A DNA stretch of 64,000 bases from an uncultured Deferribacteres bacterium (lineage in GTDB: Bacteria > Zhuqueibacterota > Zhuqueibacteria > Zhuqueibacterales > Geothermadaptataceae): NCBI GenBank assembly GCA_964014485.1, contig CAXHAT010000003.1, forward strand, positions 1 through 64,000, given 5' to 3'. Position 1 is the first letter of the stretch; each line of letters starts with the position of its first letter. The notes under the pieces were generated by a model. The model did no database searches and was not told where the DNA came from. It saw only the letters and a list, made by a program, of their open reading frames with translations. Shown here piece after piece: positions 1-10,266 of this stretch. Position numbers and translations under genes: made by a program.

Positions 1-286
1 GAATTGCAGTCAAAGCAGCATTTCATAGAAAAGTACGCGTTAGTCGGATGAACCCTAACAGTGACAGCAACTGTCTGTTTATCTATGGCTTAGCAGGTAA
101 TAAAAAAACACTGTTTCCGCCCGGCGGATCACTTTTTTCAAGTAGACTCCAATTTTACACACCTGCTACTTTGCAATGACAACCCCGCTAAAGAATTTCC
201 ATATATTCGTCCACGTTATTTGAAAAAACGCCGCTGAGATTTGGCGGCGCTCTCATTTTATGGACGAATTAACAGGAGACGCATCA

Positions 287-913
287 ATGAAGTTAGCATC
301 GAAGTTTTTTACCGTCGTACTCGGCTTGTCATTGACCGGCTTTTCTCATCTTGCCGCCAGTGACGAAATTGTTGAGCCCGAAAGCGAAGTTGCTTTTCCG
401 AAGACGATGACTGTTAAAGACGGCGATAAAACGCACAATCTCGGCGTTACGGGACTTTTCCATTTTCACATTAAAAAACGCAAGGGCGACGTCAGCCTTT
501 ATACTTTCGCTCATTATTATGACAAAGCCGCCGGCCTGACCAAAGCGACGACAATGCAAGAGATTAAATCAGGCGAGGCTGTTAAAGCATTGACTTTTAG
601 CGTGAATCGCGGCGCTCGGCTCGGCAGCTTGGGACCGTGGTTTGTCAATCTGTTTCAACGGCTGGCTACGCCAGAGCAAGTCGCTGAGAACCAGGACGGG
701 ATCAAGGCGTTTTCGGAAATTCTTGGCGGGCAAATGGAAAAGAAAGACAAGGTAACCGTTCAGTACATTGCAAATGACAAGGTGACCGTTGTATTGCCGA
801 ACCAGGAGACGAAGACCATGACCAATCCGGGCTTTGGCAAATTCTTTTGGGACACGATGTTTTCAACCAGTTCGCCGATCAATTTTGCAAAACTCGTATC
901 GATGGTCGAGTAA
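287..913 (+). CDS. Secreted chalcone-isomerase-like fold protein
   Basis: AGGAG RBS before ATG287; signal peptide; 'EPESEVAFP...LGVTG...SLYTFAHY' and 'FGKFFWDTMF' resemble the bacterial Chalcone_3 family. Confidence 0.55.
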   Translation: MKLASKFFTVVLGLSLTGFSHLAASDEIVEPESEVAFPKTMTVKDGDKTHNLGVTGLFHFHIKKRKGDVSLYTFAHYYDKAAGLTKATTMQEIKSGEAVKALTFSVNRGARLGSLGPWFVNLFQRLATPEQVAENQDGIKAFSEILGGQMEKKDKVTVQYIANDKVTVVLPNQETKTMTNPGFGKFFWDTMFSTSSPINFAKLVSMVE

Positions 914-1048
914 TGACAAAAAATTTACGAAAAGCCGACCATTTGTTGACTGCCTGTGTTTGGCAGATTCGCTTGGTAGGATGTAATTGAACTGCAACTA
1001 TTGATTAAAACACATTTCAACAAAAGCAAGAATCTCAGGAGACGAAAA

Positions 1049-1660
1049 ATGAAAACGAAAAATATTTTGATCGGCGCTTTAACCGCGGGAATGTTCCTGG
1101 CGACTGTTGGCAACGCTTTTTCACAGCGAGAAGATCCTCGCCGTCGCGGCGCTTCTGACGGCGGCACAGCTATTCAACAGCAATTGAAGACCTTGAAGCC
1201 GGGCCAATGGATCGATATTACAGGCGTGCCGCAGAAAAACGGCGTTATCGACGCAGTAAAATTGAAGAAGCTGACGGGCGATTTCGAACCGAGCGATTGC
1301 GAAGTGCGCGGAACAGTTCGTCGTCTTAATCTCGAGAAAGAAGAATTCTATATTATGGGGATGCTCTGCACGGTCACTGAAGAAACCGAGTATGAGCAAA
1401 GTGGTCAAGGTCCCGTCAAGTTCGCTAAGTTCGCCGATATGAGAACGGATATTCTCATTGAGGCTGAGGGCGTTTTCAAAGACGGCAAATTTATCGCTGA
1501 AGAAGTCCAGGACGAATCTGCAACGGAAGACGAAGAAGAGAAAACTGAAGTCGCGGTGACCGGCCAGATTCAATCTGTCGATGTTGAGCGGAAAATGGTG
1601 AAGATCATGAATATGGAATTCAAGATTTCCGGCACAACGAAGATCAAGAAAGGCTTCTAA
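1049..1660 (+). CDS. Secreted DUF5666-like repeat beta-barrel protein
   Basis: AGGAG RBS; signal peptide; repeated 'EVRGTV', 'IEAEG...F.AEEV', 'VTGQIQSVD' units. Confidence 0.5.
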   Translation: MKTKNILIGALTAGMFLATVGNAFSQREDPRRRGASDGGTAIQQQLKTLKPGQWIDITGVPQKNGVIDAVKLKKLTGDFEPSDCEVRGTVRRLNLEKEEFYIMGMLCTVTEETEYEQSGQGPVKFAKFADMRTDILIEAEGVFKDGKFIAEEVQDESATEDEEEKTEVAVTGQIQSVDVERKMVKIMNMEFKISGTTKIKKGF

Positions 1661-1823
1661 CAGCGCGCAATCGTTTCGGCGACCGGAAGTGAAGCGCGTT
1701 GCTTTTATAAAAGTCGCCATGCTTGATTCGTTTTTAAATGAATCATCGCCGCGCAAATTCGTCTGCGCGGCGACGGTTCAACGATGCAGTAAAGTTTTGA
1801 AATGACAGTAAGGAAGACACGTA

Positions 1824-3398
1824 GTGAATACCAGATGCACGACGCACAACTTTGGAAGAAATAGATCGATCGCAAAGGCGGCGCTGAGGATCGGCGTTGG
1901 CGCTGTGGCGGGGTTGCTTTTTGTTACAGGTTTGCAGGCGCAGAAAAAGAACAAGAAAAGAAGCGAGACGCGCGTCCCGGATTCGTACTCGGAATCACAG
2001 ATTGAAAAAGCGCTGCAGAGCCCGCTGACCCTGGACGATTGTATTCGCATCGCCCTGCGCAAAAACGTCAATTTGGAGATTGCCCGTTTTGATATTGAAG
2101 CGGCGAAAGCAGACATTTCCGGCAGCTACGCCACTTTTCTGCCGACTTTTTCAATTGAAGCGCAACAAACAAAGCAGAGCGAAAATCGCCCGATTGATCC
2201 GGACGAACCGGACGAGATTACTGATTTGGAATTCGACAACAACGCTTTGGTCGCCAGTGTTGAGCAAACGTTTATCACGGGCGGCATTCTTAAGTTTTCC
2301 GGAGATTTGCGAAGAGACGTCAATTCGCCGGATCGGTTTGGCGCCGCTCCTGAAGAAACGGAAAACCGGGGCTATACCGTCGAATTCACCCAGCCGCTGC
2401 TAAAGGACGGGTGGTTCATGATTACGAAAAGTGCAACGAATTTAGCAAAGCACGAAAAGCGCGCTCAACAATACATTTACGATGATGCAGCTCTGCAAAC
2501 CATGCTTGAAGTCAAGCGCGCCTATTATGAAGTTTTGTTGCAGCGAGAAATCATCAATTCAAACACTGCGGCAATCTCTCGCGATTCGACGCTTCTTTCA
2601 CTCTCGAATTCGAAGTTTAACGCGTCTCTTGCCACGCGGCGGGATGTTCTCAGCGCGGAAATTCAACTTGCTGAAGATCAGGCGGCATTGATCGCCGCTG
2701 AAGCGGAGTATGAACTTTCGCTGGACGCCCTCAAAGAAGTTCTAGGATTGCCAATCACTGACAGGATTCGCGTTGCGCAGACAACCCTGGAATATTCCGA
2801 CGTGCCGCTGGATCAGGAGAAGCTGATCGCATTGGCGCTGGACAATAATCCGGTTATCAAAAGCATCGAAGCGGATGTTAGGCAAAACGAATTGCAGCGT
2901 CGTATCGCCAAAAACCAGCGCCTCCCAAGCCTCGATTTCAATATTTCTTACAATGGCCAGAACGACAAGAAAATCACGGACCAAACCGAAGTAAACAGTA
3001 ACGATTTTGTCTTGGGTTTGAGCTTGAGCTACCCCTTGTTCGACAGAAAATCGTCTTCGGACGTGAAGAAAGCTTCTATTGCGCTTTCGCAGCAACAAGG
3101 CAAATTGTCCAATGTACGCCGCCAAACCATACAAGAAGTCAGGAAGCTGGTTCGGATTACTTTTAGCTCTGTAAAAGAGCTTGAAGTCTTGGCGAAAAAT
3201 AAGGAAGCCGCGAACGAAAAAGTGAACTTCGCAACCGCGATGTTCAACATGGGCCGCGCTTCAAACCTCGATATCACGGACGCCCAGCAAGCGCTTCTGA
3301 AATCGGAAATTCAATACAATCGGAAACTGGTCGACTATCATCTGCAACTGGCGCAGCTTGAAACGTTGATTGGGCGTTCACTCGCGGATATTCAATAA
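1824..3398 (+). CDS. TolC-family outer membrane efflux protein
   Basis: 'LTLDDCIRIAL..N', two OEP repeats, 'G.ASNLDITDAQ', C-terminal 'LETLIG'; start uncertain. Confidence 0.9.
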   Translation: MNTRCTTHNFGRNRSIAKAALRIGVGAVAGLLFVTGLQAQKKNKKRSETRVPDSYSESQIEKALQSPLTLDDCIRIALRKNVNLEIARFDIEAAKADISGSYATFLPTFSIEAQQTKQSENRPIDPDEPDEITDLEFDNNALVASVEQTFITGGILKFSGDLRRDVNSPDRFGAAPEETENRGYTVEFTQPLLKDGWFMITKSATNLAKHEKRAQQYIYDDAALQTMLEVKRAYYEVLLQREIINSNTAAISRDSTLLSLSNSKFNASLATRRDVLSAEIQLAEDQAALIAAEAEYELSLDALKEVLGLPITDRIRVAQTTLEYSDVPLDQEKLIALALDNNPVIKSIEADVRQNELQRRIAKNQRLPSLDFNISYNGQNDKKITDQTEVNSNDFVLGLSLSYPLFDRKSSSDVKKASIALSQQQGKLSNVRRQTIQEVRKLVRITFSSVKELEVLAKNKEAANEKVNFATAMFNMGRASNLDITDAQQALLKSEIQYNRKLVDYHLQLAQLETLIGRSLADIQ

Positions 3399-3419
3399 TC
3401 TCATTTGGAGGAGACAGAC

Positions 3420-4631
3420 ATGAGCGTATTTAGTAAAATGTTCAGCGGCGGCGCAAAGTCGAACGCCTTGAAAATCACCATTCCCGTCGTCATACTTGGC
3501 GTCTTGTTCACGCAGAACTACATCTTTTCTGACAGCCAGGAGTCGGTGATTCCGTCAATCAATGTGAAGCGCGGCGACGTCGCGATCAAAATTACTGAAG
3601 CGGGCGAACTCCGCGCCAGCGATCAGGTCACGATCAGCGCGGTGACGGACAAGCAGATTCTATGGTTGGTTCCGGAAGGTACGACGGTTGAAGAAGGCGA
3701 TACTTTGCTCGTTTATGAATCTGAAAAGTATGTGATTTCAAAGAGCGAAGCCGAAGTCTCGGTCGAGTTAGAAAAGGCGAACATCATTCGCGCTGAAAGC
3801 GATCTGGAATCGCAAAAGGCGAAAGAAGAAGGAGCACGCCAGAAATACGAAAACTTGCGAAATCTCGCCAAAGACGGATTTGCTGTTGAGAGTGAAGTTG
3901 AGCAAGCCAGGTTGGGTCACATCGAACTGCAATCAAAAACCCGAGGCACTGAAGCTTCGGTAGATGCTGCACGAGCAAACTTACGCCGGGCTGAAAGACA
4001 ATTGAATCAGCAAGAGCGAAAGCTTCGTCAAGGCGTTGCTTTGGCTCCGCGCGCCGGTCTGGTCGTGTACGCGCCGGTCGGCTCGGAAGAGGACGGTAAG
4101 AAAATCGAAGTCGGAATGATTCCTTTTGAAGGCATGGATTTGATCTACTTGCCGGACATTTCAACGATGATGGTCGATACCGAGATCAGCGAAGTCGATC
4201 TTGCTCGCGTCCATCCAGGGATGAAATCTGAAATTCGACTGGACGCCTATCCTGACGCCGTTTTTGAAGGTGAGATTGAAAATATTGCTGATCTGGCAAA
4301 ACGCAAAATCAGCCGCATCACCGGAAAAGCGACCGGCGCCAAAGTTTTTGAGGTCGAAGTGGAAGTTGACTCCCAGGACGAACGTTTGAAGCCGGGTCTT
4401 TCCGCAACCGTCGACATCATCATCTCGACCTATGAAAACGCGTTGTACATCCCGCTGGAAGCCGTTTTTATCGACGAGCTGGACCGCACCACCGTTTTCG
4501 TGAAAAAAGGCGGCGGCATCGAGCAAAAAGTCGTCAAGCTCGGCGAAAGCAACGAACGCGTGATTCTCGTTGTCGACGGCGTCAAAGAAGGCGATGAATT
4601 GCTGCTTGGCCGTCCCGCTTCCACGACCTGA
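3420..4631 (+). CDS. Efflux periplasmic adaptor (MacA/HlyD-like MFP)
   Basis: GGAGGAG RBS; lipoyl-like 'VPEGTTVEEGD', coiled coil, 'LKPGLSA', 'GVKEGD'. Confidence 0.9.
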   Translation: MSVFSKMFSGGAKSNALKITIPVVILGVLFTQNYIFSDSQESVIPSINVKRGDVAIKITEAGELRASDQVTISAVTDKQILWLVPEGTTVEEGDTLLVYESEKYVISKSEAEVSVELEKANIIRAESDLESQKAKEEGARQKYENLRNLAKDGFAVESEVEQARLGHIELQSKTRGTEASVDAARANLRRAERQLNQQERKLRQGVALAPRAGLVVYAPVGSEEDGKKIEVGMIPFEGMDLIYLPDISTMMVDTEISEVDLARVHPGMKSEIRLDAYPDAVFEGEIENIADLAKRKISRITGKATGAKVFEVEVEVDSQDERLKPGLSATVDIIISTYENALYIPLEAVFIDELDRTTVFVKKGGGIEQKVVKLGESNERVILVVDGVKEGDELLLGRPASTT

Positions 4632-4721
4632 CGAGCGGCGAATTGAGCATGTCATTTAGTAAACTCTGTGCCTTTGCGCCCTTGCCGCTTTGTGCCTGAC
4701 TTATCGCAATCGGAGAGCAGA

Positions 4722-5465
4722 ATGCTTGTAGATATAGAAGATTTAAAACGAACTTATGTTATGGGGGACACTGAAGTCCACGCGTTGCGCGGCGTAACGT
4801 TTGACATTGAGCGCGGCGATTATGTGTCAATCATCGGGCCTTCCGGCTCGGGAAAATCGACGCTCATGCACTTGCTGGGCTGCCTCGACAAACCGACCTC
4901 AGGCAGCTATCGGCTGGACGGAACGCCGATTCAGGAATTGGACGATGTCGAGCTATCGAGACTTCGAAATCAAAAAGTTGGTTTTGTTTTCCAGTCGTTC
5001 AACCTGATCCATCAGCACACGGTGATGGAAAACGTCGAAGTGCCGTTGATTTACGGCGGCGTGGAGCGCAACGAACGCCGTGAGCGCGCCATGGAAATGC
5101 TCGAAGCCGTTGGTTTGGGACATCGTTTCGACCACCGCCCGAACGAGCTTTCCGGCGGGGAAAATCAGCGCGTCGCCGTCGCTCGCGCATTGGTTACCCA
5201 ACCGGACATCATTCTTGCTGATGAGCCGACCGGAAACCTCGACACCAAGACTGGCGCCGAGATCATGCAGCTTTTGCAAGAATTGAACGACAGCGGCAAA
5301 ACCATCATCATGGTGACGCACGATCTTGAAAAAGCGGCCTGGACGAAGCGGCTTATTCAAATGAAAGACGGCAAAATCGTCCGCATTATCACCGGCGATG
5401 ATCGCAAAAGACTCATCGAGCTCTTTCACGAGACGCCCGCACTGGCGGAAAGCACACAAATGTAA
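4722..5465 (+). CDS. ABC transporter ATP-binding protein (MacB/LolD-like)
   Basis: Walker A GPSGSGKST, LSGGENQR, ILADEPTGNLD, VTHD. Confidence 0.95.
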   Translation: MLVDIEDLKRTYVMGDTEVHALRGVTFDIERGDYVSIIGPSGSGKSTLMHLLGCLDKPTSGSYRLDGTPIQELDDVELSRLRNQKVGFVFQSFNLIHQHTVMENVEVPLIYGGVERNERRERAMEMLEAVGLGHRFDHRPNELSGGENQRVAVARALVTQPDIILADEPTGNLDTKTGAEIMQLLQELNDSGKTIIMVTHDLEKAAWTKRLIQMKDGKIVRIITGDDRKRLIELFHETPALAESTQM

Positions 5466-5507
5466 ACCGTCCGGTTCAGGGCGAAAGTTTAGAGAGGGAT
5501 AACCAAA

Positions 5508-6743
5508 ATGGAATACTCTGAAAATCTAAGGATTGGATTAAAGAACATACTGGTCCACAAACTTAGATCCTTGCTCACAACGCTCGGGATTATTTTTGGC
5601 GTGGGGTCGGTCATCTCCATGCTCTCAATCGGCGAAGGCGCAAAACGAGAAGCGTTGGAACAGATTAAGTTGCTGGGCACGAACAATATTCGGGTGAACC
5701 ACGTCACGCTGACCGGCGAAAGAGCGAAAGAAGCGGAAGGCAAGTATTCGAAAGGTCTGAGCTACAGCGACGCCGTTTTGATGAAAGAGAATTTGCCAAA
5801 CGTCAACGGCGTGACGGCCATCAAATTCATCGACGAACCCGTCCTTTTCGGCTCTAAAGAATCGACGGGCCGCGTTGTCGGCGTTGATCATTCCTACGCA
5901 GCCGTGACAGGCTTTCAAGCGTCTCTGGGACGCTTTCTTGTCGAGTTAGACGTACGGGACGCCAAGCGCGTCGCCATTATCGGCGCTGAAGTCAGGCGCG
6001 AGCTGTTCGGCTTTCGCGATCCGATTGGGCAGCGCATTCGCATCGGCGGCGAATGGTTCAAAGTCGTCGGCGTGATGGAAAACAAGGCGATCAAGGAAGG
6101 CAAAACTTCAGTGATCAAGGTTCGCAATATTAACAAAGATATTTACATACCGATCACCACCGGCCTCAAGCGTTTCCGCAATTCCGACCGTCCGGAATTT
6201 GTCGAAGAGATTGCTGTTCAGGTGAAGCGTTCGGCGCAGGTCGTGCCTTCCGCAGACGTGGTTAGACGCATCTTGAAAAGGACGCATAAAGAAGTCCAGG
6301 ATTATGAAATTATTATTCCGGCGGAGCTTCTTGCCCAGAGTCAGCGGACTCAACGCGTTTTTAATATTGTCATGGGCTCGATTGCTGCGATTTCATTGCT
6401 TGTCGGCGGTATCGGCATCATGAACATTATGCTGGCCAGCGTGACGGAGCGCACCAAGGAAATCGGCATTCGTCGCGCTCTCGGCGCCACCGAAAAAGAC
6501 GTGCTCGGTCAATTCTTGAATGAAACGGTTTTGATTAGCTGCGCGGGCGGGTTACTGGGCGTGATTCTCGGCGTCGGTATGGCCAAAGGCATCAACGTAT
6601 TCGCTGGTTGGGAAACGGTCATTTCCGCCTTCAGCATCTCAATTTCTTTCGGCATCTCGGCTGCGGTCGGGATGGTTTTCGGCATCTACCCTGCGCGAAA
6701 AGCCGCCCAAATGGATCCGATCGCCGCACTGCGATTTGAATAA
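5508..6743 (+). CDS. ABC transporter permease (MacB/FtsX family)
   Basis: 'RSLLTTLGII.GV', 'VGGIGIMNIML.SVTERT.EIG.R.ALGA', 'YPARKAA..DP..ALR.E'. Confidence 0.95.
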   Translation: MEYSENLRIGLKNILVHKLRSLLTTLGIIFGVGSVISMLSIGEGAKREALEQIKLLGTNNIRVNHVTLTGERAKEAEGKYSKGLSYSDAVLMKENLPNVNGVTAIKFIDEPVLFGSKESTGRVVGVDHSYAAVTGFQASLGRFLVELDVRDAKRVAIIGAEVRRELFGFRDPIGQRIRIGGEWFKVVGVMENKAIKEGKTSVIKVRNINKDIYIPITTGLKRFRNSDRPEFVEEIAVQVKRSAQVVPSADVVRRILKRTHKEVQDYEIIIPAELLAQSQRTQRVFNIVMGSIAAISLLVGGIGIMNIMLASVTERTKEIGIRRALGATEKDVLGQFLNETVLISCAGGLLGVILGVGMAKGINVFAGWETVISAFSISISFGISAAVGMVFGIYPARKAAQMDPIAALRFE

Positions 6744-6801
6744 TTTTGACTTGGCCTGGGATGCCCCGGAACATGGTTTCTGAATGATAAACATGTCATA
6801 T

Positions 6802-6872
6802 GTAGGGGTTCAAAATTTTGAACCCCTACAACATGATGTGTATCGCTTTGCAAGTTTTGTGTTTTAAGACAG
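6802..6872. repeat. GTAG-type palindromic repeat, copy 1
   Basis: GTAGGGGTTCAAAATTTTGAACCCCTAC hairpin plus about 45 bp tail shared with 37584-37655. Confidence 0.75.
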
Positions 6873-6893
6873 TCGAGACCTGGCTGGAAATTC

Positions 6894-7202
6894 TCACTCT
6901 TCCGCTCTCTCACACAGATTTCTCAAATACTCATAAGTATACAGCCCGGTCGTGTGTCCGTCCGACCAGATAAACTGATACGCATACCGCCCAACTGGCC
7001 GCGCTTCCGTCGCGACAATTCCTTCCGGAACGTCTTTTTCAAAAACCACCCGCTGTCCGGTCGTTTCTTCCACGCATTCGGCGCACGGGCATTGTCCGCG
7101 CAGCTTGCGCATGTTGTATGTGCAGTCTCGACCGTCATTCCAGGTGATGACCAATTCGGCGTCGTTTGGTTTTTGCATATTTGTGGGATAAACTGTGGCC
7201 AT
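6894..7202 (-). CDS. DUF971 / gamma-butyrobetaine hydroxylase N-terminal-like protein
   Basis: 'ITWNDG...LR..CPCAEC...VGRYA....WSDGHTTGLYTYEYLR'. Confidence 0.85.
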   Translation of the reverse strand: MATVYPTNMQKPNDAELVITWNDGRDCTYNMRKLRGQCPCAECVEETTGQRVVFEKDVPEGIVATEARPVGRYAYQFIWSDGHTTGLYTYEYLRNLCERAEE

Positions 7203-7293
7203 GAGTCCGGCTCCTCTACGTTTCGGTGCTGTAAATTGGGCGGCAAATATAACTCGCACAACTTTGCGGTTCAAACGGAATTTCAAATTAGAT

Positions 7294-7539
7294 AACTGAT
7301 GTTACGCGCGTCAACGCACATTCTGAATCTTGAGGCAAATCTCGTCTCATTAGCGCCGGGCTTCAGCCCGGTGACACACAAAACGCCCATTTCCTTCTTT
7401 TCCGCCGCGCCAGCGCGGCGGAAAAGAAGGGGCGGCCGTCTTCAAAGGTCTCCGCTCTGAAGAGCGGAGCTAATGAGAACCAAAAGTTACCCGCAGGTTA
7501 CGATTGCAGGCGCCAAACAACGCGTGCGTAACTTCAGTT
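7294..7539. mobile_element. MITE family A, copy 1 (14-bp TIR AACTGATGTTACGC, 4-bp AGAT duplication)
   Basis: TIRs at 7294-7307 and 7526-7539 (1 mismatch); AGAT at 7290-7293 and 7540-7543; internal hairpins. Confidence 0.75.
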
Positions 7540-7543
7540 AGAT

Positions 7544-7612
7544 AACTGATGTTACGTTTCCATTGGGGGGTATTAGAGTAACTGTCGTTGGACGGATGAG
7601 TAAACATCTGTT
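7544..7612. mobile_element. MITE family A, short degenerate tandem copy
   Basis: AACTGATGTTACG ... GAGTAAACATCTGTT, followed again by AGAT. Confidence 0.55.
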
Positions 7613-9077
7613 AGATCATGAGATAGACGACTACACCGATCAATAGCGCGCCGGCAATATTTAACAAGAAGCCGCAGCGCGCCATTTCCGGCAGGGTAAT
7701 TTTCCCGCTTCCAAAAACAACCGCGTTCACCCCAGTGCCGGAAGGAAGGCAGAAAACGCATGAACAGGCAAAGGTTGCCGGGAAAAGCAGAAGCAGCGGA
7801 TCGGCGTTTTGCGCAACAGCGACCGAAGCCAAGACCGGCAGGAAAATATTCGCCGTTCCTGTGTTGGTGTTGACTTCAGTAAAAAATATCAAAAATAGTG
7901 CGATAAGAAGAATGGTCAACAAGAGCGGTAAGTTCTGGAGAAAAGTCATCTGCCCGCCCAACCATTTTGCCAGCCCCGTCGCTGAGTAAGCTTTGGCCAA
8001 AGCAAAGCCGCCGCCAACCAAAACGCCCATGCCCCAAGGAATCCGGTTCGCCGTTTCCCAATCCATCATCCGCTCCCCTTGTTTTACGCCCGAAGGCAGG
8101 GCAAAAAGCAGCATTGTAAAAAAGATCGCCACTGTCGCGTCCGTTACGAATTTTTCAACCCCAAGCAGAGAAGCCCAGCCCGATATTTCTAGAGCGCCGA
8201 GTTGGAAATCGCTCCTGAAAATCCAACCGGCGGCGGCTAACACGAAAATTATCAGGACGCGCTTTTCCGCTTGATTCATTGCACCCAAAGCATCGAGCTG
8301 GCTCTGGATAATTTTGGGCGAGTCGTCAGCTTTACCCGAAATGCTGAAATAACGAATCAAATAGAAAAAGGCGACTGGGAGAAGAATGATGACGACGGGA
8401 AGACCGACTGCCATCCAGGAAAAAAATGTAATCTCAAGAGAGTCCGGGAAGGCGCTTTTGAGTACCCCGGGAAGTACAAGGTTGGTCGGCGTGCCGATCA
8501 GCGTGCCGACCCCGCCGATATTCGCGGCATAAGCAATGGCTAGCAGCAGCGCGACGCCAAAGCGTGAATCGGCCTGTTCATTTTCCAGGCGATTCAAGAC
8601 GGCCATTGCAATCGGCGTCATCAGCAGCGCAACCGTGACATTGGCGATCCACATTGAAAGAAACGCGGAAGCGAGCATAAAGCTCAAGACCAGTTTTCTG
8701 CGACTCGCGCCGATGAGTTTGATCGTCGTCAGTGCGAAGCGTCGATGCAGGCCGTGCCGCTCAAGCGCCGCCGCAATGATAAAGCCGCCAATTAACAGTA
8801 GAATAAAATGGTGGCCATAGTTGACCGCGGTCGCCTGCGCCTCGAGAACGCCAAGAAGCGGGAAAAGCGCCATTGGAGCCAGCGCAGTGGCGTAGATGGG
8901 CAAGGCCTCCGTCACCCACCAAATCGCCATCAACAAAGTTACCGCGGCGACGCGCATGGCCTGGGGCGAAAGCCCTTCCGGCGCCGGCAAAAGAATGAAG
9001 ATAAGGAAAACGACGAGCCCGAATATTAGTCCGAAGTTTTTTCTGGAAAAAAATACAGATGCAGATGAGTGTTTCAT
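7611..9077 (-). CDS. SLC13/DASS sodium:anion (di/tricarboxylate or sulfate) symporter
   Basis: 'WWVTEALP', 'LSMWIAN', 'AYAANIGG.GTLIGTPTN', 'TEVNTNT'; many TM helices. Confidence 0.9.
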   Translation of the reverse strand: MKHSSASVFFSRKNFGLIFGLVVFLIFILLPAPEGLSPQAMRVAAVTLLMAIWWVTEALPIYATALAPMALFPLLGVLEAQATAVNYGHHFILLLIGGFIIAAALERHGLHRRFALTTIKLIGASRRKLVLSFMLASAFLSMWIANVTVALLMTPIAMAVLNRLENEQADSRFGVALLLAIAYAANIGGVGTLIGTPTNLVLPGVLKSAFPDSLEITFFSWMAVGLPVVIILLPVAFFYLIRYFSISGKADDSPKIIQSQLDALGAMNQAEKRVLIIFVLAAAGWIFRSDFQLGALEISGWASLLGVEKFVTDATVAIFFTMLLFALPSGVKQGERMMDWETANRIPWGMGVLVGGGFALAKAYSATGLAKWLGGQMTFLQNLPLLLTILLIALFLIFFTEVNTNTGTANIFLPVLASVAVAQNADPLLLLFPATFACSCVFCLPSGTGVNAVVFGSGKITLPEMARCGFLLNIAGALLIGVVVYLMI

Positions 9078-9262
9078 CCCAAACTGTACACGTTTCGTGG
9101 ACAATTTTGAAGGAAATTGTATCAAACGATCAGACAAAATTCCGGGAAATTGTCTTTTCAAAAAGACAATTTCTGCCCGTACCTCATGGCTTGACAACGC
9201 ACAGCGATCAAGCTAATTTGAATAAATGTTATCAGTGAAATTCACAGAGCCCTTCCAAGATC

Positions 9263-10129
9263 ATGAATAAATGGCGGACAAAAATGCCTCGGGGCAAAAA
9301 TGAAACGCGAAATGTTTCCGCTTTGACCAGTTTGGGCTACATCACTTCACTCTGCATTTTACTGTTGAATGATTTTATTCTGAAGGCAACATTCCCTGGT
9401 TTCTGGACGGGTAAAATATCAGATTTTGCTGGTCTTTTCATTTTTCCAATGTTCTTCTCAGCATTCTTTACTCAGTATCGAGTACAGATATATCTCTTAT
9501 CTGCAGCGGCATTTGTGCTTTGGAAATCAGAGATCGCGTCGTTTTTTCTTCTATTTTGGAATGCTTTGGGACTTTTTGAGATCTATCGAACGCAAGACTA
9601 CTCCGACCTTTTAGCTCTGTCTGTTTTACCGCTTTCATACGTATGTTCAAAAGCTAATGCCAGGGAACACACAATTCCCGCCGTTTTCCATAAAACCAAA
9701 TTTCCGATAATAATTGCTATTGTATCTGTTCTCGCATTTTGTGCTACATCACGGGTTTGGGTAATGGAATTTGAGCCCGCACAATATAGAGGCTTTATGC
9801 TCAAAGCGGAAAGAGATTTGGTGTTAGATCGAATACTTGAAGTTGTGAAACTGAATTCTGAAAGCTACTCTGCAGAACACTTGGAGAAAGAAATTAACAA
9901 CGCGAGATCGGAAAAACAGCATACGATTCAAATTCCAATTGAACATCCTGACTGCTCATTTGTGTATTCGCATATCGACGTTTTTTCAGAATCAGAGGGT
10001 ACTCGAATCCGAGTGGCAGACATTCGTTCTGCTTGTAAGTTTGGAGATGCCGATAGACAAAAATTGTTGGATTTTTTCCAACAGAACTACATAGAAAAAC
10101 TTCGAATTGAATTCACAGTTTTGGACTAA
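9263..10129 (+). CDS. Hypothetical membrane protein
   Basis: 'LLLNDFILK..F.G..TGKISDFAGL', several TM segments, AT-rich. Confidence 0.7.
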   Translation: MNKWRTKMPRGKNETRNVSALTSLGYITSLCILLLNDFILKATFPGFWTGKISDFAGLFIFPMFFSAFFTQYRVQIYLLSAAAFVLWKSEIASFFLLFWNALGLFEIYRTQDYSDLLALSVLPLSYVCSKANAREHTIPAVFHKTKFPIIIAIVSVLAFCATSRVWVMEFEPAQYRGFMLKAERDLVLDRILEVVKLNSESYSAEHLEKEINNARSEKQHTIQIPIEHPDCSFVYSHIDVFSESEGTRIRVADIRSACKFGDADRQKLLDFFQQNYIEKLRIEFTVLD

Positions 10130-10266
10130 AGAACAGAATTTGAACGCTTTTCAAAGAAGAGCACAAATTAAGCCCATGAAAGGCGCTTTTAGCAGCGCCC
10201 GGATTACTAACAATCCTGTCAATTGAACGATAGTTCGTTCGCGTCACAAAAACTCATGAGGTTGCT

